DNA from: Arenicellales bacterium
GTDB taxonomy: Bacteria; Pseudomonadota; Gammaproteobacteria; Arenicellales; JAJDZL01
DNA length: 64,000 bases
Direction of reading: 5' to 3'
Assembly: GCA_965220395.1 (NCBI GenBank)
Contig: CBDCPT010000003.1
Location: 136,747-200,746 of the forward strand
The translations under genes were made by a program, and so were the position numbers. Below are positions 1-9,671 of this stretch, piece after piece (positions within the stretch are counted from its first letter, which is position 1; the number at the start of each line of letters is the position of its first letter). The notes under the pieces were generated by a model. The model did not search any database. It was not told the origin of the DNA and worked only from the letters and a program-made list of their open reading frames with translations.

Positions 1-275
1 TTATTTTCCTTGTTTCTATTTTTTTGATTTGACGTTGAAAATCCCTGGCATGGCGGACCACCAAAGACGACTGTTGGGGTGTTTCTAAATTCTACTTTGA
101 ATCCTTTAAAATTTCGTATATCATCCTGATACAAACCATATTTTGGCGTGAAATTGTGCAGGTATGTAGTAGCTGCATTTCGATCCGCTTCCACGACAAT
201 TTGTACGTCAAGCCCAGCAAGTTTGGCACCTAGTGACATCCCTCCGGCGCCTGAAAATAAATCAATACCTATCAT
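1..275 (-). CDS. dcm: DNA (cytosine-5) methyltransferase, N-terminal part (runs off left edge)
   Basis: Manual translation from ATG at 275: MIGIDLFSGAGGMSLG (motif I) ... VFGGPPCQGFS (motif IV, catalytic PC). Not in the ORF track because it is truncated by the window. Confidence 0.9.
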   Translation of the reverse strand, partial: MIGIDLFSGAGGMSLGAKLAGLDVQIVVEADRNAATTYLHNFTPKYGLYQDDIRNFKGFKVEFRNTPTVVFGGPPCQGFSTSNQKNRNKEN

Positions 276-282
276 TTAGTAT

Positions 283-360
283 GGTCGAGATGGTAATCGG
301 TGGCTCTTTCCTGATCTAGTTGGTATAGAAGACATTAGTGCCGAATGGCACCAAGAAGGT
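283..360 (+). pseudogene. Short fragment of HrgA/COG2958-like protein
   Basis: Translates GRDGNRWLFPDLVGIEDISAEWHQEG, resembling the recalled family motif GNxWLxPDLVGxED; no start or continuation. Confidence 0.55.
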
Positions 361-368
361 GCCTGCCT

Positions 369-743
369 TCAAATCAAAGAATCTACGTCTACGTTCAAGG
401 CTTCGGCAAAGGTGGTCAATGTCTTAGCCGAGCCGGTACGTCTAGCCCTTTCGATTTGCGAAAGATAAACTGCGTTGATACCGGCATTCTGGGCTAGTTG
501 TTTCTGGGTCATTCCACGATGGTCACAATTTACCCTGACGGCACTTTCCCCTGCTAGCAGGTGGGGGTCCGAGAAATTGATTGGAAAAGACTCTTCGTCG
601 GCGAATTTGGCGCGATCATAAAGTTCTTCATCACTTAGGTTGGCGGTAGCATCGACTGTGGTCAAGCGTTTATATATCAGTCATAGGGTAACGGCGAATG
701 TTGGGTTTCCTTGATCGTCGAGGATAATATGCGGTTTGATCAT
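369..743 (-). pseudogene. XRE-family HTH antitoxin/regulator with an in-frame TGA
   Basis: ATG at 743 gives MIKPHIILDDQGNPTFAVTL*LIYKRL, in frame with ORF 369..665, whose C-terminus is an HTH_3 (MTQKQLAQNAGINAVYLSQIE). Confidence 0.65.
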
Positions 744-811
744 GTCTTTCTTCTACTGTTTGTAGTTGTTACCTCTTGGCTCACTGTGTAGAAAACTTCA
801 AAGCCGAAAAT

Positions 812-1003
812 CTAAGACTGCAGCTTTTTTAGCAGCCTTGAGAGCGAGATTACCGTTACGTAATCGTCAGTTGGAAATTCATCACTTCCCCATACACAAC
901 GTATTTTCTGGTGGCTCCAATTAATTTACATATCTGATTGCAATGCTTGCTAATTTTTGGAGCTATGCTGTATTTTACTTCGATTGCTAGGATTTCGGTG
1001 GAC
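812..1003 (-). pseudogene. 3' remnant of AAA_14/DUF4143 ATPase, paralogous to 61934..63136
   Basis: Nucleotide similarity of ~800-1003 to ~61922-62126 (e.g. aatctaagactgcagct vs aatctaagactgtagct; gatttcggtggac vs gatttcagtggac). Confidence 0.85.
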
Positions 1004-1047
1004 TCATAATCCATTGGTCGAAGGTTCGAGTCCTTCCGGGCTCACCA
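998..1047 (+). pseudogene. 3' half of tRNA(CAT), Ile2/Met type; att-site remnant
   Basis: gtgga-ctCATaa-tccat (anticodon arm), gaagg-ttcgagt-ccttc (T arm), cgggctc-a-CCA. No D arm or 5' acceptor strand upstream. Confidence 0.9.
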
Positions 1048-1171
1048 AATTTTTCAATCACTTATGTGATTTCACAAAAAATAGTCATTCATTAGTCGTA
1101 CAAATTTATCGAAAACACTGAGAAGCTAGTGTAGTAAGTATGCAATAATTGGACGCATCAAGGTTGAAAGC

Positions 1172-3481
1172 TCAGGCTTTCGAAATGTAGATCTGTTCGG
1201 GTTTCGCAATGCCATACCCGGCCATTTCCGCTTCGGTGAATTTGTGTTCGGTGGCGGGAGCAAAGGGAGTTTCATCAAGAAAGCGCTTAAGAACATTGGT
1301 TGTAATGCAAGCTACGTCGTTTTTGTAGTCTTCGTGAGAAAGGCTGCCAGACCATGCGATGGAGCCGGTGGAGAAGACCGCACCACCGCTAGGTGTTTCG
1401 AAAAACACCATCTCAGCCCGGATAATTTCTGCCTCTGTTCCCCCAAGACCCGGCGCCGGGTCATTCATGTCTTCAGGCGTCATCAGGTAAAGATCTGAAT
1501 GACGTTCGGAGGAAGCAAGTACAAGCGTATGCGGCGGTGTGCCCAGCGCATGGTTAGTGGCGTCCAGTTCAAGGCCAGCGGCCCCACCACCTGCCAAGCC
1601 GTACTCGCCGACGACCGGTCCTTCGACTCCCCCAAAAACAAAGGCCGCACGCGGGTCGCGACTAGCTTCTCGGATAACGTAAGGTGACGAGTAGTCGAAT
1701 CCCTGCGAAACCATACCGATTCCAACCAATTCATTGGGCGGTCGGCCATTGCGCCGCCAAAGCCCCGTATACTCGCCTGTGAAACTGGAGTAGAACTCCC
1801 CCGGTAGAGGAGCAAAGGCGCGAATGCCATCTTCAGATTTTCGACATTCAATAACACCTGGCAGCGTCGGATGATAGGACACTCGCCAGTAGAACCCATT
1901 GCCCCCAAGGTACATAAGGCGCCCGCCTCCATCCAGATATGCCTGGAGGCTATCCAGCATCCTGGCAGAATAATACTCCGGATGTGTTCCAGTGATCACT
2001 GCTCTGTAGCCCTCAAGCACTTCGGAGCCTTCGGCTTCAAGATCTTCGTCTGCAATAACATCAAACGGTTGGTCCAGTTGCTCAAGCCAGTCAAGAATGT
2101 GTGTATCAGCGTTAAACTGCCACAGATTTGAACCCGCACCTCCAAGGTGGCCGATTTGTTTTGGTTGCATATTGACAATCGGTCTCAGGCGCGATGAGTA
2201 AAACACACCACTCCCGTCATTGTGCAAATCATAAAAACAGAGGCCGATTTCGGGATGCGTTTGCATAAAAAGGTCGATTGAATTCATCTGAATTAGGCGC
2301 CCGGTAACTATTTCCGTCTCCGGTACATCAATCCCCATTCGATTATTCGCATAAGCCATGTAACTGGCAGTTGGCAGGATAAATGCTACCGGTGCGGTCT
2401 TTGTGCCACGGGGAGGGCGAACCGAAAAGGGTATGTAGTATTCCTCGCTTCCGCTATGAAGGTGAATAGCATATACCCCACTGGAAATGTTGTCTGGCAG
2501 TCTGATTTCAAAATCTGATACCCAGGCGCAGTCATAGAGATCGTCATCGTGGAAATGGATTGCGGCATAATGTTCCGGTTTTTTATGCCAGCAATGTTCG
2601 CTTCCGTTCCACGCATGACCACATACCCCTCGCGTTGGAAGATTGACCAAATAGCCATGTAGTTGGTTGCCTGATTTGTCGGTGATTTGCTCAGTTGATA
2701 TTCCGACGGAGAAGTCCCAGGCGGCAACAAGATCTTCGCATTCTGTGCCCACAGGATTTTCCATTTCTTCCGTTCTTAAGGAACGTGAAAAAATTTTCGA
2801 GGCTTCAATGCGGCCATTAAAGTGTTCTATCGCGGGTTGGCTAGTCGCCGACCGCGCAGCGATCATTATCGGAGCCTCAATATCGGCACAGATCATGTTG
2901 GCGGAAACATTGCGGGACATTTTGCACGCGACATTCACCTTTGGGTAGGGTTTCAGTAGTTTCTGAACAACGGTGAGAGTGCCATTTTCTACATCGTAAC
3001 TACCACTAATTAAGTACCATCTTTCTGAAATTAACGGTATTCCTGTGGAAATCCCCTCGCTCTGTCCTTTCTTTTTAGTGATTTCAAATGCAGCAGCGCC
3101 TTCAGAATCCAGATAAAGTCTAAATCCCGCTCCCGATTCCGGGTCCTCTCGACTCAATATGATTTGTGAACCACGACCTGGCAAGGTTGGCCAAATGAGC
3201 GCTTGCAAACCCAATGAAGTCTGCGTATTGAACGCTGGTGCGTCGTCAATCACCGCATAGGAACCTGAATTTATGGGCTGATATCGACCATCAAAAGGAC
3301 CGCCAAGATTCAGCGAAACGGATTCCTCACGATATCCCGGACCTGATGGATTAATATCGCCCTGAATGACTCTGATGAGGTTCGCATCGAATTGTTCCAA
3401 TCCTTCGCAACTGACCATAACCTGAATGCATTCCCCCGGAGCGGCGCTGATGCGGTCGGCGTATCCAAGGATCCGAGTCAT
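1172..3481 (-). CDS. N,N-dimethylformamidase beta (large) subunit family protein
   Basis: Start MTRILGY at 3481; motifs HYAAIHFHDDDL, TASYMAYAN, YDLHNDG, GTHPEYYS, YLGGNGFYW and a LamG-like central domain. Confidence 0.9.
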   Translation of the reverse strand: MTRILGYADRISAAPGECIQVMVSCEGLEQFDANLIRVIQGDINPSGPGYREESVSLNLGGPFDGRYQPINSGSYAVIDDAPAFNTQTSLGLQALIWPTLPGRGSQIILSREDPESGAGFRLYLDSEGAAAFEITKKKGQSEGISTGIPLISERWYLISGSYDVENGTLTVVQKLLKPYPKVNVACKMSRNVSANMICADIEAPIMIAARSATSQPAIEHFNGRIEASKIFSRSLRTEEMENPVGTECEDLVAAWDFSVGISTEQITDKSGNQLHGYLVNLPTRGVCGHAWNGSEHCWHKKPEHYAAIHFHDDDLYDCAWVSDFEIRLPDNISSGVYAIHLHSGSEEYYIPFSVRPPRGTKTAPVAFILPTASYMAYANNRMGIDVPETEIVTGRLIQMNSIDLFMQTHPEIGLCFYDLHNDGSGVFYSSRLRPIVNMQPKQIGHLGGAGSNLWQFNADTHILDWLEQLDQPFDVIADEDLEAEGSEVLEGYRAVITGTHPEYYSARMLDSLQAYLDGGGRLMYLGGNGFYWRVSYHPTLPGVIECRKSEDGIRAFAPLPGEFYSSFTGEYTGLWRRNGRPPNELVGIGMVSQGFDYSSPYVIREASRDPRAAFVFGGVEGPVVGEYGLAGGGAAGLELDATNHALGTPPHTLVLASSERHSDLYLMTPEDMNDPAPGLGGTEAEIIRAEMVFFETPSGGAVFSTGSIAWSGSLSHEDYKNDVACITTNVLKRFLDETPFAPATEHKFTEAEMAGYGIAKPEQIYISKA

Positions 3482-3482
3482 G

Positions 3483-3797
3483 TTACAGTTCCTGTTCGAG
3501 ATCCTGCCCGGTGTGTGCCTTCCACCGGAGTTTAAATACCTCCCACTCCGCTTCGATAAGACTCGTGAACTCCAGGTTATTTGTGATTTCAACTGGTTGA
3601 CCCCGATCAGCGGGTAGACGCCCGAGAACCCAGCGTCTAAAAGGCTCTTTCACAACCAGGACATATTTCCCGGACTTGGGACCGCCTCGCAGGAGGTTTA
3701 ATACTCTTTGTAACCCAGGTCTTGGTATGCCGAGCGGGTCAGCACGGAATTCTGCAGCGTGCTTGAGATCGTCATTGGTGATTCGATATCTGGACAT
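3483..3797 (-). CDS. Putative dimethylformamidase-like small (alpha) subunit
   Basis: 104 aa directly upstream of the beta subunit; EFRADPLG..LQRVLN..GKYVL..AEWEVFKLRW pattern. Confidence 0.7.
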   Translation of the reverse strand: MSRYRITNDDLKHAAEFRADPLGIPRPGLQRVLNLLRGGPKSGKYVLVVKEPFRRWVLGRLPADRGQPVEITNNLEFTSLIEAEWEVFKLRWKAHTGQDLEQEL

Positions 3798-3809
3798 GGG
3801 TTAATCCCG

Positions 3810-5180
3810 CTAGCTACCGATAACTTTTTCGATGGTAATTTGAAGCTTGTCGAAAAGTTCGTCGATCTGACACCGGGTAATGATGAAAGGTGGGGCGACG
3901 ACAATTGCCTGTCCAATCGGTCGGCATATCAGTCCAGTTTCCAATGCCACGTTTGCAATCTGTTCTGCTACTGGCTGCTCGGGTGGGAATGGTGTCTTGC
4001 ACCCTTTGTCACCTACCAATTCCAACGCCCCCATCAATCCGATGCCGCGGGCTTCGCCGATGTGTGGATGTGATAGGAAACTTAATAGTCGCTCCTGGAA
4101 ATAAGGGGAAACGGCGACGATATTGTCGAGTACACCTTTATTCAGAATGATATCAATCGCTTTTAGTGCGATCGAACAACCTACCGGGTGGCCGGCCGTC
4201 GTATAGCCGTGTGGGAACTCCTCGTATTGTTTGGCTGCTTCATTGAGTTTCTCGGCAATAGACTGAGAAACCATGATTGCACCCATCGGAAAGTATCCCG
4301 CTGTTATACATTTTGAAGCGACCAGGATGTCTGGTTCTATATCGTAAGTCTGGCAGCCCCAGACTCGTCCGGTACGCCCGAACCCGCATATGACTTCGTC
4401 GGCAATCAGAGGTATGTCGTATTTTTTAAGGACCGGTTGGATGGCCTCAAAGTAACCTTCTGACGGAGGGATCACACCGCCGGCGCCCATAACAGGTTCG
4501 GCGAAAAAACCGGCAATGGTGTCGGGTCCTTCCGCCTCGATCTGCGCCTCCAGGTTACGGGCGCATCGAACAGAAAATTCCGGCTCGCTCTCTCTTTCGT
4601 TGGCGTATCGCCAGTAGTGCGGGCAATCTGCAAAAAGGAAGCCGTCAAGTGGTAAACCGAAAGCGTCGACGTAATCCTTGCCGGTCATGCTCGCTGTAAT
4701 TCCCGTAACGCCGTGATAAGCGTTCTTGCGGGACAATATTTTGCGACGGTGAGGTTTGCCCAAACCACGGTTAATCATCCATAGCATCTTCACTACGGTA
4801 TCGTTGGCTTCGGATCCCGAATTGGTAAAAAACACCTTGTCCATTGGCACTGGTGCGATTTCGAGCAGCTTTTCGGACAGAGCTACAGCGGGCTCACTTA
4901 TGCGCCCGAAGAATGCGTGATAGGTCGGGAACTTATGATATTGCTCGCATGCAGCTTGTACCAGATCCGGGTGGCCAAATCCGACCACCATGTTCCAGAG
5001 CCCAGAGTTTCCTTCAAGGTAACGCTTGCCATGTGAATCTTCGACATACACTCCTTCACCTCGCGACATCACGACGGGGCCACTTTCTTGGAGGGTGCCA
5101 AGATGAGTAAAACCATGTAGTACGGACTGGAGATCGCGTGTTTCCCAGGATTCGGGGCAATGTGAGCCATCAGATGTCAT
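3810..5180 (-). CDS. Class III (omega) aminotransferase
   Basis: FTNSGSEAND, AYHG, AEPVMGAGG, DEVICGFGRTG and PLP-lysine ASK motifs; start MTSDG at 5180. Confidence 0.92.
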   Translation of the reverse strand: MTSDGSHCPESWETRDLQSVLHGFTHLGTLQESGPVVMSRGEGVYVEDSHGKRYLEGNSGLWNMVVGFGHPDLVQAACEQYHKFPTYHAFFGRISEPAVALSEKLLEIAPVPMDKVFFTNSGSEANDTVVKMLWMINRGLGKPHRRKILSRKNAYHGVTGITASMTGKDYVDAFGLPLDGFLFADCPHYWRYANERESEPEFSVRCARNLEAQIEAEGPDTIAGFFAEPVMGAGGVIPPSEGYFEAIQPVLKKYDIPLIADEVICGFGRTGRVWGCQTYDIEPDILVASKCITAGYFPMGAIMVSQSIAEKLNEAAKQYEEFPHGYTTAGHPVGCSIALKAIDIILNKGVLDNIVAVSPYFQERLLSFLSHPHIGEARGIGLMGALELVGDKGCKTPFPPEQPVAEQIANVALETGLICRPIGQAIVVAPPFIITRCQIDELFDKLQITIEKVIGS

Positions 5181-5190
5181 ACACGTCTCA

Positions 5191-6276
5191 CTATGTGAAA
5201 TATTTGAGTAGTCTATTCGGATCAATTGCGCGACATACCAAGCCGGGTGGGCGTAGTGTCGTCATATCTTCGGCCGCCAACATCGCGTTGATGACAGCCT
5301 CTTCGATCGCTTCGGTTGCTGCCATGTAAATTGGGTCGAACAATTCATCATTGATAAAATCCATTCTCAACCTTGAACCCGCCATTTGAGGGAGGGGGAC
5401 GCGATTTGCAGTACTGAAGGCGAGACAAATATCGCCCGAATTGTTGCCCCCAGGTGTTCCTCCTCGCCCAATTCCGATAGCGGCGCGTTTGGCCAGGCGT
5501 TGCAATTGATGTGGCGCCATCGGCAAGTCAGTGCCGAGAATGACTATAACCGAACCGTGTTCACGGCTCATCAATCGGTCCTCCGGCATCGTACTGCCGA
5601 CCGGTCGACCCAATACGGTTAACCAGGGTCGCAAACCGTGGTTCGCCTGAACCAGCGATCCGAGAACAAACTCGTCACCATCGATTTCCAGGCATCTTGA
5701 GGAGGTTCCTGTCCCTCCTTTGAACTCGTAGCAAATCATTCCGGTTCCACCGCCAACGTTTCCTTCAGCAATTGGTCCGGATGTTGTTGAGTTCAAAGCC
5801 AAGAGTGCGTCTTCTTCAGTTATGTGTTGTCCGTTGATGTCGTTCAGAACGCCATCATAGGTTTCAGCCACGACGGGCATAGCCCACAGATGCTCGGACT
5901 GCCAGGCATCTGCATAGTTCTGAATAGTCCATTTGACGGCCGCATGGTGGACCATGCCGATGCTATGGGAATTGGTAATACAAATCGGTCCTACAAAGTA
6001 ACCACCGTCCCGAATCCAGTGAGTGCCGGTCATCTCTCCGTTTCCGTTAAGCGCATACATCCCAGCCCAGACCGGTTGCGGGTCCGGTCCGCGCCCGAGC
6101 GGCAGGATCGCGGTAACACCGCTTCGTACCGGGCCCTTTCCTTGCACGAGCGGTCCTTCCCCTTCAATTCTTGTGCAATAACCAACCTCTACTCCCGGGA
6201 TATCGGTTATTGCATTGTGTTCACCTGTTCTGCCCGGGAAAGGCAGCCCAAGTTCGCGTCCACGTAGCTTATTCAT
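5191..6276 (-). CDS. P1/DmpA (peptidase S58) aminopeptidase
   Basis: NAITDIPGVEVG, NGNGEMTG, EGNVGGGTGM, GS autoproteolysis site (HGSVIV), NNSGD. Confidence 0.9.
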   Translation of the reverse strand: MNKLRGRELGLPFPGRTGEHNAITDIPGVEVGYCTRIEGEGPLVQGKGPVRSGVTAILPLGRGPDPQPVWAGMYALNGNGEMTGTHWIRDGGYFVGPICITNSHSIGMVHHAAVKWTIQNYADAWQSEHLWAMPVVAETYDGVLNDINGQHITEEDALLALNSTTSGPIAEGNVGGGTGMICYEFKGGTGTSSRCLEIDGDEFVLGSLVQANHGLRPWLTVLGRPVGSTMPEDRLMSREHGSVIVILGTDLPMAPHQLQRLAKRAAIGIGRGGTPGGNNSGDICLAFSTANRVPLPQMAGSRLRMDFINDELFDPIYMAATEAIEEAVINAMLAAEDMTTLRPPGLVCRAIDPNRLLKYFT

Positions 6277-6280
6277 TTCA

Positions 6281-7102
6281 TTAGGACCGCTTGCGAAAGT
6301 AAAGGCCTAGCGAGGCGATTAAGAAGGAGAAAACCAGCATTAGCGAGGCAATTGCGTTGATTTCGGGTTTGACGCCACGCCTCAACATGCCGTAGATAAA
6401 AACGGGCAACGTTGTTGAGTCCACGCCTGCAATGAAATATGTGATCACAAGGTCGTCCATTGAGATGATGAATGCAAGCAACGCTCCGCCAACAATGCCG
6501 GGCAGAATCTGCGGTAGCGTGACTCGCCTGAATGTGGTCCAGGGATTGGCGCCCAAGTCTGCAGAGGCTTGTTCCAAAGTGTCATCCATTCCTGCCAAGC
6601 GGGCACTTACTACGACAAAAACATAGGATATGAGAAACGTGCAGTGCCCAATCATAATCGACATAAGCCCGAGTTTTATGCTGAAGTTTACGAAAAACAC
6701 TAACAATGCAATTCCAAGCACGATGTCTGGCATTACCATCGGCATGTAGAGCAGGCCTTGGTAAAAAGGTTTGAACCGGAATTGATGTCGGTAAACAGCC
6801 AGGGCAGTGGTAGTTCCGACAATTGTTGCGAATGTCGTGGTACTTGCGGCAACCAGCAGACTATTCTTTAAAGCTGACACCAGTTGATCAGTCGACTCGA
6901 CATACAAGGTTTGCTCGGTAAGTTTTGTCGGATAGCCAAAAATTGAAAAGTACCAGTCCAAGGTAAAATCTTTCCACACCATCATATTGACCGGGTGGCT
7001 GTTGAAAGAATAGACAACGACGATAATTATCGGTGCGTAAACAAAGAAAAGAAAAAGCAACCCATGCACACTCAACAGGCATTTCAACCATGGATGCTTC
7101 AT
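6281..7102 (-). CDS. Polyamine-type ABC permease (PotC-like)
   Basis: Start MKHPWL at 7102; EAA loop EQASADLGA; SMDDLVIT and PEINA motifs. Confidence 0.9.
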   Translation of the reverse strand: MKHPWLKCLLSVHGLLFLFFVYAPIIIVVVYSFNSHPVNMMVWKDFTLDWYFSIFGYPTKLTEQTLYVESTDQLVSALKNSLLVAASTTTFATIVGTTTALAVYRHQFRFKPFYQGLLYMPMVMPDIVLGIALLVFFVNFSIKLGLMSIMIGHCTFLISYVFVVVSARLAGMDDTLEQASADLGANPWTTFRRVTLPQILPGIVGGALLAFIISMDDLVITYFIAGVDSTTLPVFIYGMLRRGVKPEINAIASLMLVFSFLIASLGLYFRKRS

Positions 7103-7370
7103 TTGACGATCTCCGAACGACCGATTCGCCTTAGATAGAAGACGATCAACAGAAGCATTACCAGCATGATCATTACGGAAAGAGCCGATCCGAACGGCCA
7201 ATTCCTTGCCGACAAAAACTGTTGTTCGACCAGATTTCCGATCATCAGAACTTTTGCCCCTCCTAGCAGGTCCGGGACAATGAAGTTTCCAAGGCTCGGA
7301 ATAAAGACAAGCACTGCCCCGGCTGCTATTCCGGGAAGCGTCATCGGTAGAATTACCCTTAAGAAGGTTT
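7099..7370 (-). pseudogene. 3' fragment of PotB-like ABC permease, 5' truncated
   Basis: LVFIPSLGNFIVPDLLGG..NWPFGSALS; similarity ends abruptly near 7370, before the divergent ATPase. Confidence 0.8.
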
Positions 7371-7514
7371 AACATTGACTCAATGGAAGCAGCTATTTTA
7401 CCAAGATAATATTTGATATCCTCCCAATTATCATGTCTAATAATCCTATTCATCATGGCTTATAATTCCATATATCATGACATACATATCCAATTTCCAA
7501 AGGTAGAGGGCGAT

Positions 7515-8738
7515 ATGTTTGAGCGCTTTGTGGAGCGGCAAACAAAAGAGGCTTTGTCGGATACACCCGTGGTCCTGGTTACAGGACCACGCAGGGTTGG
7601 CAAGACAACGCTAGTACGTAAGTTTGAAGGGACGCACCGAAGAACCTACGTCACGCTGGACGATCCGGTTGTGTTGGACGCCGCTCGGTCCGACCCCGTT
7701 GGTTTCATCCGCGCTTTGGATGTAGCCATCATTGACGAAATTCAACGAGCACCCGAATTGTTGCTGGCAATCAAAAGGGTAGTTGATGAAGATTATCGCC
7801 CAGGTCGCTTTCTGCTGACCGGGTCCGCGAACGTAATGACCTTGCCCAAAGTGGCTGACAGTTTGGCAGGCAGGATCGAAGTCATCCAGATGTTGCCGTT
7901 GGCTCGCGCGGAAATAGCAAATGTTGCCCCAACTTTTCTGGAGCGTCTGTTCAATGGCAAACTGGAGTCGGATTGTGCGGCTGTCGTTGGCGATGATTTC
8001 GTCCGACTAGTGTTGCTCGGAGGGTATCCGGAAGCTATCGTACGGGAAAGCGAACGCAGACGTCAGGCCTGGGCGCGATCTTACGTGTCTTCGATATTGT
8101 CCCGGGACTTGAGCGATGTCGGTACCGTCGAGAAACTGGCCGAACTTCCAAAACTTGTCCGGGTACTGGCACGGCACTCAGGGCAGTTGGTCAACTACTC
8201 CAGATTGGGCTCCAGCATTGGTGTCAACCATAAGACGGGACAGCGCTATATAACGTTACTGGAGCAGATTTTCCTTATCTCGACATTACAACCCTGGTAC
8301 ACGAATGCGCTGAAACGGATTGTCAAGACGCCCAAACTACATTTTCTAGACTCCGGCGTGCTTGCAGTTCTGCGTGGGGTGAATTTTGACTTTGTCAGAA
8401 CCAATCGCAGCGAGTTCGGTGCGCTCCTTGAAAGTTTCGTGTACTCGGAAGTGCTGAAACTCATCACGGCGACCGATCTGCAGTTGTCGGCTTATCATTT
8501 CCGGGATCAGCAAATGCACGAAGTGGATATTGTTCTGGAACGGGACGATGGCATGATTGCGGGTATCGAAGTCAAGGCATCAGCAACAGTCAGTTCGCGA
8601 GACTTTGCTGGCCTTCGGACCTTGGCTACGGCGTGCAAGGGGCGTTTCGCTTGCGGTGTCGTGCTTTACGACAGCGCTGATTTCGTGCCGTTTGCGGACA
8701 ATTTGGCAGCAGTGCCGATGTCATCCCTTTGGGCGTAA
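7515..8738 (+). CDS. AAA_14 ATPase with DUF4143 domain
   Basis: GPRRVGKT Walker A, IIDEIQ Walker B, LTGS, KTPKLHFLDSG, C-terminal EVD..IEVK. Confidence 0.9.
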   Translation: MFERFVERQTKEALSDTPVVLVTGPRRVGKTTLVRKFEGTHRRTYVTLDDPVVLDAARSDPVGFIRALDVAIIDEIQRAPELLLAIKRVVDEDYRPGRFLLTGSANVMTLPKVADSLAGRIEVIQMLPLARAEIANVAPTFLERLFNGKLESDCAAVVGDDFVRLVLLGGYPEAIVRESERRRQAWARSYVSSILSRDLSDVGTVEKLAELPKLVRVLARHSGQLVNYSRLGSSIGVNHKTGQRYITLLEQIFLISTLQPWYTNALKRIVKTPKLHFLDSGVLAVLRGVNFDFVRTNRSEFGALLESFVYSEVLKLITATDLQLSAYHFRDQQMHEVDIVLERDDGMIAGIEVKASATVSSRDFAGLRTLATACKGRFACGVVLYDSADFVPFADNLAAVPMSSLWA

Positions 8739-8909
8739 GAAATATCAAGTCGCGCGCATGAATATACCAACACATTCTGTCGAAAGCCGTATGTACAAAG
8801 CAGTAATCAATTGTCTATACGTTGTAGAACGACATATCAAGATTATTCCGATTATCTTGCACGAAACATAGTCGGAATAAAATCGACTATCTTTTCCGAT
8901 GTGCTAGTT

Positions 8910-9601
8910 TCAATTTTCAAATTGTCGAATCTTAATCAGATTGGCAATTTCGAACCAATAAACTGGGTTCCAGAATCGATTGGCAGAAATTGAACTAGAC
9001 GGAAGTGCAAATAAATTAGTATCACCAATTTGAACATCTAGGAGTCTGCGCCACAGAAAAGCTCACGAACAAGTAATGAGATTAGACCATCATTTATTGG
9101 CTAATTTTTGCAATTAACCCCACTTGAATTACATTTTTCGACTGAAAATAACCTTGGAATACTACTTTGTTGGCTGAAAATTGTCTAATAAATTTCTGTG
9201 GCGCAGACTCCTAGGCGCCCATATGCAACTTTATTTTTGTATAGAAATATTTCTGCCGCTTTCTTTCCGTTGAAACCAACAACATATGGTTGCTACTCTA
9301 CAATTTTCTTGCGAAAAGCAAAGAGGTCGTGATCTTCTCGTTGTAGATCTTTATCAAGTCCACTAATTTTTTTTGCAAGATCAGTCAATCCAATTCCAAA
9401 ATCCGTCAGACTCCAGTAATTTTGAGATTTCAACTCAATTTGCGTAAGCCCAGTTTCTTTTAGAATTGACCAAAACTTATTCCCACGACCAGCGTAATAG
9501 GATTTGATTTTGGAAGAATTTCTACCGACTGCTGTCCCACAAACAACTAAATCTAGTTCAAAGCGCATAAGATCAGGAAGAATTTCATTCTTGTCACTCA
9601 T
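8910..9601 (-). pseudogene. Mismatch-specific (MUG/TDG-like) DNA glycosylase with stops and a MITE insertion
   Basis: CGTAVG..YYAGRGNKFW..GLTDL. Continues past a TAG at 9293 (VGFNGKKAA). After removing the MITE it reads YGRLDVQIGDTNLFALPSSS..FW. Confidence 0.8.
9042..9210. mobile_element. MITE, 169 bp, with 18-bp TIR GAGTCTGCGCCACAGAAA and CTAG target duplication
   Basis: TIRs at 9042-9059 and 9193-9210; CTAG at 9038-9041 and 9211-9214. Excision restores the local MUG reading frame. Confidence 0.9.
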
Positions 9602-9671
9602 GTCTCGCTCCATACTTTATGAATCTAATTCCAATCGTATAATTATTCCAATAATTCAAAGGCATTACTAA

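Noticed and set aside
972-1047. Complete tRNA gene
   Set aside because: The upstream sequence is ATPase remnant; there is no D arm or complementary acceptor strand.
6281-7456. 391-aa ORF as given in the track
   Set aside because: The N-terminal extension overlaps the potB fragment; the real start is at 7102.
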